From Candidatus Electronema aureum (GTDB lineage: Bacteria; Desulfobacterota; Desulfobulbia; Desulfobulbales; Desulfobulbaceae): a DNA stretch of 32,000 nucleotides. Positions 24,011 through 32,000 of this stretch are shown in pieces (positions within the stretch are counted from its first letter, which is position 1; each line of letters starts with the position of its first letter). The translations under genes were made by a program, and so were the position numbers. The notes beneath the pieces were generated by a model, which was not told where the DNA came from, ran no database searches, and worked only from the letters and a program-made list of their open reading frames with translations. Location of the stretch: contig NQJD01000003.1 in assembly GCA_004284765.1 (NCBI GenBank), forward strand, positions 90,001 through 122,000, in the 5' to 3' direction.

Positions 24011-24331
24011 TTATTTGATCGCGTTGACTGTAATGATTATTCTTCCTAATGTTATTTTGCTCCCATTTTTCAACAGGGTATTTTTTTTATTCATGTAATC
24101 AGTGTAAGTTATCGCCTTGTCTTTAAAAGAAATTTCTCCAACAACAGAAGAAAAACCATTTGTCGCTGGAAGATAAATATCCGCCTCTTGAGAACTACCA
24201 ATAATGATTGGCCTTTTCCCTAAACTTACTGTAGATTTCTCATTTTTTTGCCATTCTATTTCTAACCATGCTTCTTTGAAGAAATCTTCGCTTAAATCAA
24301 TCATTAATCCAACAAAAAAACCTATTGCCAT
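24011..24331 (-). CDS. Small (106 aa) protein: N-terminal hydrophobic segment plus FHA-like C-terminal region (tentative); first gene of the Ter-type train
   Basis: MAIGFFVGLMI hydrophobic start. Then LGKRPIIIGSSQEADIYLPATNGFSSVVGEISFKDKAITYTDYMNKKNTLLKNGSKI.., which resembles a degenerate FHA core. Very A+T-rich (19/60 G+C at 24061-24120). Weak Shine-Dalgarno. Confidence 0.5.
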   Translation of the reverse strand: MAIGFFVGLMIDLSEDFFKEAWLEIEWQKNEKSTVSLGKRPIIIGSSQEADIYLPATNGFSSVVGEISFKDKAITYTDYMNKKNTLLKNGSKITLGRIIITVNAIK

Positions 24332-24422
24332 TGCGCCTGTAATTCTTTCTATTCCTTCTTTAACATACTGTGAATTTGAGAATCATTATCAGTAAATAAT
24401 ATAAATTTATTGATGATTACTA

Positions 24423-24450
24423 AAAATAATACGAATTATTTAATTGTCAA
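24423..24450 (-). promoter_or_regulatory. Candidate sigma70-type promoter for the Ter-type gene train
   Basis: The minus strand reads TTGACA (24450-24445), a 16-nt spacer, then TATTTT (24428-24423). It lies about 90-120 nt upstream of the ATG at 24331, in a very A+T-rich divergent intergenic region. Identified by eye only. Confidence 0.25.
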
Positions 24451-24793
24451 TAAAAATATACCTTATTCTCTCCTTTTTTCTTCACTCGGAGAAGTCTAAC
24501 CGTCTACCGCCTGCTGGGTAGCTTTGCAACGTGATAGAGTTTTTTCGTTCCAATACCAGTGCGTTAGAACAAAATCATGCTGCTTCAGATAAAAATTAAT
24601 GCGGACATTCCCATGCTGGCATATAGTAAGCAACAGAGCAATCAATGGTTGCGGACTAAGCTGCGGACTAATCGGCCTTATTTTGTTGCATATCCCGCCT
24701 CTGTAGGTATAATTCGCTGCATACGACAGGCCGACATTGTGCGCTTTCGGCCTGCTTCCCGTCTTCTGATTTCTCTTGCCATCGAGTCGCGTT

Positions 24794-25567
24794 ATGGAAT
24801 TGCCTCAGCCCAATCGCTCTTTTTTACTGCCTTGCACCCTGACTATTGCCAGTCTCTTCAGCGGCTTTTATTCAATGGTCGCCTCGATCAACGGCCATTT
24901 TTACGCAGCAGCCGTGGCTATCATCGTAGCAGCCATCTTTGACGGATTAGACGGCAGAGTGGCCCGCATGACCGGCTCCACCTCTGGCTTTGGAATGCAG
25001 CTTGACTCGCTCTGCGACATGGTTTCCTTTGGTGTGGCTCCAGGCCTGCTTGCCTATCTTTGGGCATTGAAGCCCTATGGTCGCTACGGCTGGCTAGCCG
25101 CTTTTCTCTACGTTGCCGCCACTGCCCTGCGCCTAGCTCGCTTCAACACCTTAGCTACTGCCCCGCCTCCGCCAGACAAGCATAAGAGCTACGATTTCGT
25201 TGGCCTGCCTTGCCCTGCCGCTGCCGGTGCCGTCGCCACTACGGTGATGTTCTTCCGGTTCCTCGGGGCGCAGGGTACAGTGAAGCATATTCCAATCCTG
25301 CTGCTGGTCTATCTACTTTCATATCTGATGATTTCCTCGCATCGTTACCTGAGCTTTAAGAAAGTTCACATTCCCCGCGAGCGACGTTTTCAGGCGGTAG
25401 TCGGTATCATTTTGGTTATGATGTTCCTCGCCTCTGAGCCGCCTGTGACGCTGTTCGTCACCGCGCTTTGCTATGCCGCTTCTGGGCCGCTGCTGGAGTT
25501 GTATCAGATGGCAAGAAGCAAGAAGGCGCAGGAACCACCGCCGCCTGATGCAGGCGCGTCCGCCTAA
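24794..25567 (+). CDS. pssA: CDP-diacylglycerol--serine O-phosphatidyltransferase (CDP-alcohol phosphatidyltransferase family)
   Basis: DGLDGRVARMTGSTSGFGMQLDSLCDMVSFG is the D-G-x2-A-R...G...D...D motif in its PssA-type form, with multiple TM helices. ATG at 24794 is preferred over the ORF-track TTG at 24776. Confidence 0.85.
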   Translation: MELPQPNRSFLLPCTLTIASLFSGFYSMVASINGHFYAAAVAIIVAAIFDGLDGRVARMTGSTSGFGMQLDSLCDMVSFGVAPGLLAYLWALKPYGRYGWLAAFLYVAATALRLARFNTLATAPPPPDKHKSYDFVGLPCPAAAGAVATTVMFFRFLGAQGTVKHIPILLLVYLLSYLMISSHRYLSFKKVHIPRERRFQAVVGIILVMMFLASEPPVTLFVTALCYAASGPLLELYQMARSKKAQEPPPPDAGASA

Positions 25568-25570
25568 ACG

Positions 25571-26152
25571 ATGCGTATCACCGGCGGCACCGCCAGAGGC
25601 CGCAATCTTGCCGGGCCGAAATCAGGCATCATTCGTCCAACCAGCGACCGAGTCCGCGAGGCTCTGTTCAGCATCATCGCCGCAGAAGTCCCTGGCAGCA
25701 CGGTGTTGGATTTATACGCAGGCACCGGTGCCTTTGGCTTGGAGGCGTTGAGTCGGGGCGCAGCGGCAGCGGTGTTCGTTGATCAGTCGAAACAGGCCGT
25801 GGCATTGATTCAGGAGAATCTCAGTCGCTGCTTTGCCGGAGCCAAGGCTGCGCTGCTTCAAGTTGACCTTGCCGGGCCTGACAGTCTGGCCCGGCTGAAG
25901 AACCGCCTGCCCGCCGAAATGCTCTTCGACCTGATCTTTCTTGATCCGCCCTATGAAAAAAACTTGGCCGAGAAGACCTTGGCAGCGATTGAGCAAGAAA
26001 CACTGCTGCAAGAAAGCGGTCTGCTGATTGCCGAAGAGCGGAAGACTGCCCGGCTGCCAGAGCAATGCGGCTCGTTGCGGCTCGTTGATCAGCGCAGCTA
26101 CGGCGAAACCGGCCTTTGGTTTTATCGACAAGAGGCGGTGGAGAACAAATGA
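25571..26152 (+). CDS. rsmD: 16S rRNA (guanine966-N2)-methyltransferase
   Basis: MRITGGTARGRNL..PTSDRVREALFSII, LDLYAGTGAFGLEALSRGA, FLDPPY. Confidence 0.85.
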   Translation: MRITGGTARGRNLAGPKSGIIRPTSDRVREALFSIIAAEVPGSTVLDLYAGTGAFGLEALSRGAAAAVFVDQSKQAVALIQENLSRCFAGAKAALLQVDLAGPDSLARLKNRLPAEMLFDLIFLDPPYEKNLAEKTLAAIEQETLLQESGLLIAEERKTARLPEQCGSLRLVDQRSYGETGLWFYRQEAVENK

Positions 26153-26640
26153 ACAAAGCCGCCCGCATCGCCGTCTATCCCGGCACGTTTGACCCAATTA
26201 CCAACGGACATATCGACATCATCACCCGTTCGCTGCGGATGTTTGATCGGGTGATTGTCGCCATCGCGGTCAATGCAGCGAAAACGCCGCTGTTCAGCTT
26301 GGAAGAACGAATCGGCCTGATTCAGACCTGCTTTGCCGCTAACGAACGGGTGGAGATCGACACGACCAGTGGCCTGATCGTCAATTACGTGGTCAGCAAA
26401 AACGCCTGCGCCATCGTACGTGGCCTACGGGCAGTCTCGGATTTTGATTACGAACTCCAGCTTGCTCTGATGAATCGCAAGCTCGAACGCCGGGTGGAAA
26501 CAGTCTTCCTGATGACCGGCTTCCGCTGGATTTACATCAGCTCATCGATCATCAAAGATGCGGCACGGTATGGCGGCGATATCAGCGGCATGGTTCCGGC
26601 CCATGTGCTGGCTGCGCTCAGGGCCAAATTCGGCAGATGA
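26149..26640 (+). CDS. coaD: Pantetheine-phosphate adenylyltransferase
   Basis: MNKAARIAVYPGTFDPITNGHIDII...ISSSIIKD. ATG at 26149 overlaps the rsmD stop (ATGA). The ORF-track start at 26116 is an upstream alternative. Confidence 0.9.
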   Translation: MNKAARIAVYPGTFDPITNGHIDIITRSLRMFDRVIVAIAVNAAKTPLFSLEERIGLIQTCFAANERVEIDTTSGLIVNYVVSKNACAIVRGLRAVSDFDYELQLALMNRKLERRVETVFLMTGFRWIYISSSIIKDAARYGGDISGMVPAHVLAALRAKFGR

Positions 26641-27077
26641 AACCCTGCGACTGCCAACAAGAAGAGCGGCGGAGCTTTATCACCGGCCTTGTTCGCTGGG
26701 CCGCTGCCCTGACCGGCGCAGCTCTGATTCATCCCTTGCTCAAATTCAGCGGCTACACAGTCAAACCTAAGCCGCGCTATGTGAAAGTGGCCGCGCCACT
26801 GCCGAGAAGCGGGGTTCATGCCGAACGAGAATTTTTCCTCTTTGCCTCGTCAGACCGCCAGCAGGCATGGGCAGTGTCGCGCACCTGCACCCATCTTGGC
26901 TGCCGGGTGAATTTCCTTGAAGATAAACAACTCATTGAATGCCCTTGCCACCAAAGCCGCTTCACGCCGCAGGGAGCGCGGTTAGCCGGACCTGCGCAGA
27001 AGAATCTGCCGGTATTCAAGGTGGAGGTACAGAAAGATGAGACCAGCACAGTGACCGGTTACGTGGTGGAAATCTGA
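26637..27077 (+). CDS. Rieske [2Fe-2S] protein with twin-arginine-like signal/anchor
   Basis: CTHLGCRV and CPCHQSRF cluster-binding boxes. N-terminal ERRSFITGLVRWAAALTGAALI. ATGA overlap with the coaD stop. Confidence 0.85.
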   Translation: MKPCDCQQEERRSFITGLVRWAAALTGAALIHPLLKFSGYTVKPKPRYVKVAAPLPRSGVHAEREFFLFASSDRQQAWAVSRTCTHLGCRVNFLEDKQLIECPCHQSRFTPQGARLAGPAQKNLPVFKVEVQKDETSTVTGYVVEI

Positions 27078-27916
27078 TGGCGGTGAAAAACTGGCTGTTT
27101 TCCATCCGTTGGGGCGGTCATACGCTGATCAGCCTCTACATCTCGGTGCTGTCCGGCTTAGTGCTGGGCTTGCAGTACAATCCGGCGGAACCCTTCTATT
27201 CCACGGCAACTCTTCAGCTCGCTGTGCCCTTCGGCTTCTTCTGGCGTTCGCTCCATTATTGCTCCAGCCAAGCGTTTTTCCTACTCCTGCTCGTTCATCT
27301 GGTACTGGTCATTTGGCAGAATACCGCCCAGTTCTCTCGCACTGAATGGTTGCGGTTGAGCGCAGTTGCGCCCGTTGCTCTGCTGCTGCTTTTCACTGGG
27401 TACATCCTGCGCGGCGATGCAACTGGCGATGCTGCCGGAGCCATCAGCGAGAATATCGTTCTTTCCATTCCATTATTCGGCAAGCCGCTGAACAAGCTGC
27501 TTTTTGATATCAGCGCAGCAGGACTGCGGAAGGTTTATCTCCATCATATCATAGGGCTGATGTTACTGGGTGGCTTCTGCGTTTGGCCGCACCTCAGACG
27601 CTACACCACCCTCTGGCGTAATCATCTGCCATTAGTACTGCTGATCTTAGCAGCGGCAGTTGGTCTCAAAATTCCCCTTGAGCCGGAACGATTTGGTCTG
27701 CTCCACATTGCCGGGCCGTGGTTCTTCATTGGCATGCAGGAGTTGCTGCGCTATCTGCCTGCGTTCTGGGCTGGAATATTTGTTCCGGCGGTGCTGACGA
27801 TTCCCCTGCTTTTGTTGCCTGCTGAGGGTAAGGTGAGAAGATGGTGCTTGCTCTTTATAGCAGTTTGGCTGCTTGGGTATAGTGTGTTGAGCGGCTTCGG
27901 CTGGACAATGTTGTGA
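27077..27916 (+). CDS. Cytochrome b-like membrane protein (b/b6 N-terminal-domain type)
   Basis: RSLHYCSSQAFFLLLLVHL has two His 14 apart. LHHIIGLMLLGGFCVWPHL has His 15-16 apart, which is b6-type spacing. Several TM helices. The start overlaps the Rieske stop by 1 nt. Confidence 0.6.
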   Translation: MAVKNWLFSIRWGGHTLISLYISVLSGLVLGLQYNPAEPFYSTATLQLAVPFGFFWRSLHYCSSQAFFLLLLVHLVLVIWQNTAQFSRTEWLRLSAVAPVALLLLFTGYILRGDATGDAAGAISENIVLSIPLFGKPLNKLLFDISAAGLRKVYLHHIIGLMLLGGFCVWPHLRRYTTLWRNHLPLVLLILAAAVGLKIPLEPERFGLLHIAGPWFFIGMQELLRYLPAFWAGIFVPAVLTIPLLLLPAEGKVRRWCLLFIAVWLLGYSVLSGFGWTML

Positions 27917-27925
27917 CCGTAGGCG

Positions 27926-29061
27926 TTATCTTTTCAAAAAAATAGAGATTGCTTCGGCGAAACGCTTGAGATAAAGCAGCGGCAGGGCGGATTTTTCTTT
28001 CTTGCCATATCGCCAAAGCATGAATTCTGGCGGCGGAAAGGCATTTTGAAAAAGAAAGCGCAAACGCTCGCGCCACGTAGGAAGACCTTTCAGCTCCAGC
28101 AGAGCATGATTCTTGATACCAACCTGTCTGCCGCCCGGCTGAAGCAGGCTAGTAAAGGTTTCAGTCTCCGCCTTTTCTCGCAGCAACGCCGCTAATTCTT
28201 TCTGAAGAATTGTGTTGAACCAAGATTGCGCCACAACGATTGCATCGGCGCATAAGGCGGTTATTTCAAGCTGCTTGGCCTTGCTGCAAAATGCCTTTGT
28301 CTCCTGCTCCGTCAGGGTTTGGCAGAGCAGATGGATATCGTACAGCCAGATCAGTCGGTCGCCGCTGTGGGAAAAATGTCCGGCCCGATGAAAACAGGCA
28401 TAGATAAGACTGTCAACTCGGCTTAACGTGCGGGCATGTTTTCCCAAAGCGGGGATGTTGATAGCTGCGGTCAGCAGGTTACTGTCAGCGAATTTGCTGC
28501 TGAACTGCCTGTTATTGTTGCTGATCTGCCAATGTAGATCATAGCTGCAACGAACGCCCTGTACGACTTTAGAGTAACTTTTCTGCGAACCGAGATATTC
28601 TGATTCCACCTCAAGCAGGGGCGTATATCCTATCCGTAGCAGTAGAGTCGCAGCATTTTTCCGTTCGGATTCTGCAACAAGCAGGTCGGTGTCGCAGTGA
28701 GGGCGCAGCCAAGGTTCGGGATAGAGACTGTATGCCAAAGCGGTTCCCTTGAGCAGCAACAGCCTGATCCCGATCTCGGCAAATGCCTTCAGCAGGGCGC
28801 GCGAAGATCAGTCTCGATCACGGATTCGGCTGCTGCTTGGCGTAAGGCTGCTTCCCGTAGGCGTTCCAATACCACAGAAGGCCAAGTGACTTGGCAGTTG
28901 TTCTTGGTGATTCTGTGGAACAGAAGTGGAACCATGCCCTGCGCGGCGATTTCCTGAATAAACACATCAGTAGACAGCCCACTGGGCCAAGAAACTGCGT
29001 CATCGTGAAACAGCTTGCGCAGCTGCTCAACGTTTTCAGGGCGCAGATTATGGAAGGTCAT
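27926..29061 (-). pseudogene. Uncharacterised nucleotidyltransferase (NTP_transf_5-like) split by a 1-nt frameshift
   Basis: ORF 28789..29061 (90 aa) ends ...VIETDLRAPC*. The frame of ORF 27926..28759 is already open from 28807 and reads SSRALLKAFAEIGIRLLLLKGTALA... The two frames join naturally within the GC run at ~28796-28806. C-terminal part: LKGTALAYSLYPEPWLRPHCDTDLLV. Confidence 0.65.
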
Positions 29062-30911
29062 TTCAGGCTGTTCAAATCGGGCTTATATTCCGGCACCCAA
29101 ATTTTCAGCTGGCGTTTCACTGCGGTCTCGTCACGGATACCGGGATGCGCCATCCATGTCAGGCATTCGGTCTGCCAATTAACATCAGCGGACCTCGCTT
29201 TGGCTACTCGCAGCTTGGGATGTGAGGTGGGCAGGGTGGATTCATCATCGGCGAGTAATTCTTCATAGAGCTTTTCGCCCGGACGCAGGCCAGAGTACTC
29301 TATGAGGATGCTATCCTCATCCTCGCCGGACAGTTGAATCATCAGCTTGGCTAATTCGGCGATTTTGACTGGCTCGCCCATGTCGAGGACGAAAATTTCA
29401 CCGCCCTTGCCCATTAAACCCGCCTGAAGCACCAACTGGGCAGCTTCGGGAATTGACATAAAATAACGGGTGATTTCCGGGTGAGTCACTGTCACTGGCC
29501 CACCTGCGGCAATTTGCTTCTGAAATTTAGGAATTACGCTGCCGGAAGAACCGAGGACATTGCCGAAGCGTACTGAGATAAACCGGGTACCCTCCGGCTG
29601 CTGCATAGCTTGGCAGGCCATTTCGGCTAATCGCTTGGTTGCACCCATCACATTGGTTGGGTTGACCGCCTTGTCTGTGGAGATCATTACAAACTTGCCA
29701 ACCCCACATTCCTGCGCTGCCGCCGCAACTGTCTGGGTGCCCAGCACGTTGTTGCGCACCGCTTCCCAAGCATTGCTATTCTCCATGAGTGGTACATGCT
29801 TATAAGCGGCAGCGTGAAACACTACCGTAGGGCGATGCTCGGCCATAACCTGACGCACCCGCGCTGCGTTGATAATGTCGCCGACTGCCAGAACAATGCG
29901 GAGATCAGGAAAACGCTGCGACAGCTCTTGCTCCATCGCGTACATCGCCAGTTCCGACTGATCGAGCAACACCAAACAGCTCGGTTTAAATCGTGCAATT
30001 TGACGACACAGTTCTGAGCCGATGGAACCACCCGCGCCAGTTATCAGTACGGTTTGATCGGTCAGGAGGTCGTGCAAACCACTGTTGTCTAATTGAACCG
30101 GATCACGGCCCAGCAAGTCATCGAGTTCAATCCGGCGCAAGCTCGACACTGCCAGCTTACCAGAAACGAGGTCTTCAAAAGGCGGCACGGTCATTACGTT
30201 CAAACCAGCATCAGAACAAATTTGAGTAATCCGACGACGCACTCCGTGAGCGGCTGAGGGTAAGGCCAACACGATATTCTCAACGCCCATTTTTTCCGCC
30301 CAAACCGTTACTTCATCCAGTCGGCCTAACACAGGAATCCCCTGCACTAACCGTCCTCGCTGGTCTAAGCTGTCATCCAGCAGGCCAACTGCGTGTAAGG
30401 TGACAGAACTGTGCGCCAGCTCACGCAGCAGCGAATCCGCTGTCTCGCCTGAACCAGCCACCAGCACGGGTTTGCTGTTTGGTCGCAGCAGGGCAGCCAA
30501 ACGTTGTTCCTTCCAAATTCGGTAGGTCAGCCGACTGCCGCCCATAATAAGAATGAGCAGTAGTGGATCAAGAAGTAGCACGGAACGTGGTACCAGTGCA
30601 TCAACCTGAAACAGAACCAATATTACCGGTACCAGCAGAGCGGTAAGTCCTACAGCCAGCACGATGCGTTGCAAATCAGGTAAACTGGCAAAACGCCATA
30701 TCCCCCGATATAAATTGAAACGCCAAAATACGGCAGCTTGCAGAGGCAAAACCCAAATCAAGGCGGCAAAGGCATCGTCTGCATACTGCGGCGGTAGGGA
30801 TAGATTGAATCGCAGCCAGTAAGCGGCGAGCCAAGCAAGGATTGCCGCAAAAATGTCGTGCAGAATGATGGCGAGGATTCGGGAATTGGGCCTGGAGGAA
30901 AAGTGCTTCAT
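29058..30911 (-). CDS. Membrane-anchored NDP-sugar 4,6-dehydratase/epimerase (CapD/PglF/WbpM-like polysaccharide biosynthesis protein)
   Basis: N-terminal TM helices, then two Rossmann-type regions: VLVAGSGE... and VLITGAGGSIGSEL...MISTDKAVNPTNVMGATKR. ATG at 30911 overlaps the upstream stop (ATGA) and is preferred over TTG at 30953. Confidence 0.85.
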   Translation of the reverse strand: MKHFSSRPNSRILAIILHDIFAAILAWLAAYWLRFNLSLPPQYADDAFAALIWVLPLQAAVFWRFNLYRGIWRFASLPDLQRIVLAVGLTALLVPVILVLFQVDALVPRSVLLLDPLLLILIMGGSRLTYRIWKEQRLAALLRPNSKPVLVAGSGETADSLLRELAHSSVTLHAVGLLDDSLDQRGRLVQGIPVLGRLDEVTVWAEKMGVENIVLALPSAAHGVRRRITQICSDAGLNVMTVPPFEDLVSGKLAVSSLRRIELDDLLGRDPVQLDNSGLHDLLTDQTVLITGAGGSIGSELCRQIARFKPSCLVLLDQSELAMYAMEQELSQRFPDLRIVLAVGDIINAARVRQVMAEHRPTVVFHAAAYKHVPLMENSNAWEAVRNNVLGTQTVAAAAQECGVGKFVMISTDKAVNPTNVMGATKRLAEMACQAMQQPEGTRFISVRFGNVLGSSGSVIPKFQKQIAAGGPVTVTHPEITRYFMSIPEAAQLVLQAGLMGKGGEIFVLDMGEPVKIAELAKLMIQLSGEDEDSILIEYSGLRPGEKLYEELLADDESTLPTSHPKLRVAKARSADVNWQTECLTWMAHPGIRDETAVKRQLKIWVPEYKPDLNSLK

Positions 30912-32000
30912 TGACAACCTGCAAGGTTCATAACTTCGCCCAGGACTGTACAAGTTTTTTCGATGTCTGCATCGGCAAGCGTGGGATGTACAAGGAACAT
31001 CAGGGATGTTTCTCCCAGTTCACGAGCTACGGAAAGCCGTTCAGCAGGTTGCCAGCCAGTGCCTTCAAAGGCTTTTTCGAGATAGACCTCTGAACACGAC
31101 CCAGAATAGCAAGGTACGCCTCGCTCATTGATTTCTTTAATAATCAGGTCGCGTGACCAGCCAGATGATAGTTTATCGGGCTGCACATAGACATAGCATT
31201 TATAAGCTGCGTGTTCAATATCTGCGGGCAGTACAGGCACCCGCAAGGCAGGCAACATACGAGCGTACTCCCAGATACGATTTGCGTTTTTCAGCCGCGC
31301 TGTGTTCCATTCTTTCATCCTCCGAAGCTGTATCCTACCGATAACCGCCTGCATCTCCATCATCCGCCAGTTGGTGCCGAAGCTCTCGTGCAGCCAGCGA
31401 AAACCCGGAGGATGCTGCCGCTCATAAACCGCCTCGTAGCTCTTGCCGTGGTCTTTATACGACCACATCCTGCGCCACAGTCTTTCGTCATTGGTTGTGA
31501 CCATCCCGCCTTCGCCGCCGGTGGTCATAATTTTGTCCTGACAGAATGACCACGCGCCGATATGGCCGATAGAGCCAACCGATTGGCCTTTGTACCATGC
31601 ACCATGGGCTTGAGCGCAGTCCTCAATCACCGCGAAACCGTGCTTTGTCGCTAAAGCCATAATCGGTTCCATATCGCAAGGCCAGCCTGCCAGATGTACA
31701 CAGATAACTGCACGGGTGCGAGGCGATAGAACGCGGGCGATGGTGTTCGCAGAAATATTGCCGCTGTCCAATTCCACGTCTGCAAACACCGGCACTGCCC
31801 CGGCATTAACTACACAAGAAATGCTAGCGATGAAAGTGCGGGGCGTGACTACCACTTCATCGCCGGGGCCGATATCTAACGCTTTTAAAGCCAGATCAAG
31901 GGCAACAGTGCCGTTGGCAAGAACAATGGCATAACGGGTTCCTGTCCAAACTGCAAACTCCTTTTCAAACTCCCGGCATTCTTGTCCAGTCCAGTAATTA
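30908..32000 (-). CDS. DegT/DnrJ/EryC1/StrS-family PLP-dependent sugar aminotransferase, 5'-partial (continues beyond the right edge)
   Basis: The ORF track starts at GTG 31855, but the frame stays open to the window edge. My translation of 31856-31999 is NYWTGQECREFEKEFAVWTGTRYAIVLANGTVALDLALKALDIGPGDE, continuing VVVTPRTFIASIS...VPVFADV.., which is typical of the family. Confidence 0.85.
   Translation of the reverse strand, partial: NYWTGQECREFEKEFAVWTGTRYAIVLANGTVALDLALKALDIGPGDEVVVTPRTFIASISCVVNAGAVPVFADVELDSGNISANTIARVLSPRTRAVICVHLAGWPCDMEPIMALATKHGFAVIEDCAQAHGAWYKGQSVGSIGHIGAWSFCQDKIMTTGGEGGMVTTNDERLWRRMWSYKDHGKSYEAVYERQHPPGFRWLHESFGTNWRMMEMQAVIGRIQLRRMKEWNTARLKNANRIWEYARMLPALRVPVLPADIEHAAYKCYVYVQPDKLSSGWSRDLIIKEINERGVPCYSGSCSEVYLEKAFEGTGWQPAERLSVARELGETSLMFLVHPTLADADIEKTCTVLGEVMNLAGCQ

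Noticed and set aside
16053-24331. Labelling the locus a 'tellurite resistance operon'
   Set aside because: Only TerD-domain and TerY-like genes are present. terC, terB, terA, terZ/F-type context and telA are not in the window, so a tellurite phenotype cannot be inferred. The neutral description 'Ter-type / TerY-P' is used instead.
24577-24942. 121-aa plus-strand ORF upstream of and overlapping pssA
   Set aside because: It is out of frame with pssA and overlaps it. It has no motifs, and the pssA frame has the CDP-alcohol phosphatidyltransferase signature.
25712-26197. 161-aa and 115-aa minus-strand ORFs
   Set aside because: They lie antisense to rsmD and the coaD start. rsmD carries the canonical DPPY and SAM-binding motifs, so these are shadow ORFs.
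4982-30911. Repeated ATGA start/stop overlaps (4982, 5755, 11941, 17552, 19297, 26149, 26637, 29058, 30908) as something unusual
   Set aside because: This is ordinary translational coupling in compact bacterial operons. It is used only as evidence for operon membership, not treated as a finding.
1-32000. tRNA, rRNA, integrase/transposase or cas genes
   Set aside because: I scanned the intergenic gaps and the ORF products by eye and recognised none. A tRNAscan/Infernal run would be needed to exclude small RNAs formally.

Overview
This 32-kb window comes from a Gram-negative chromosome. Gene content (CGGC, YkgJ-type Cys-cluster, fused CbiE/CbiT, Rieske/cyt b pair) suggests an anaerobic Desulfobacterota-like organism, but that is inference only. 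I call about 32 protein genes and no rRNA, tRNA or CRISPR. LEFT (1-10.8 kb), G+C-rich housekeeping-type genes: a partial CZB-domain gene, a repeat-rich outer-membrane protein, a hydantoinase/oxoprolinase-family gene, a 387-bp MITE-like insertion (perfect 18-bp terminal inverted repeats, 8-bp flanking direct repeat, internal 23-bp tandem hairpin repeats), two tandem YkgJ-type paralogues plus an HD hydrolase, a CGGC protein, a GT39 glycosyltransferase and fused cbiE/cbiT. MIDDLE (10.8-24.4 kb), a visibly A+T-richer accessory segment with two parts. (a) An ORFan islet of three genes I cannot assign to any family; the last two overlap by ATGA. (b) An 11-kb minus-strand gene train: small FHA-like membrane protein, TerD, TerD, vWA, AIM24, vWA, then vWA+TerY-C / PP2C / Ser-Thr kinase (the TerY-P triad, joined by ATGA overlaps), then a P2-type Ca2+-like ATPase. 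No terC, terB or telA is present. This locus and the ORFan cassette beside it are the best candidates for an under-described conflict or stress-signalling system. RIGHT (24.8-32 kb): pssA, rsmD, coaD, a Rieske/cytochrome b pair coupled to coaD, a frameshifted nucleotidyltransferase, a CapD/PglF-like dehydratase and a 5'-partial DegT-family aminotransferase. All family assignments rest on motif recognition by eye. No database search was run.
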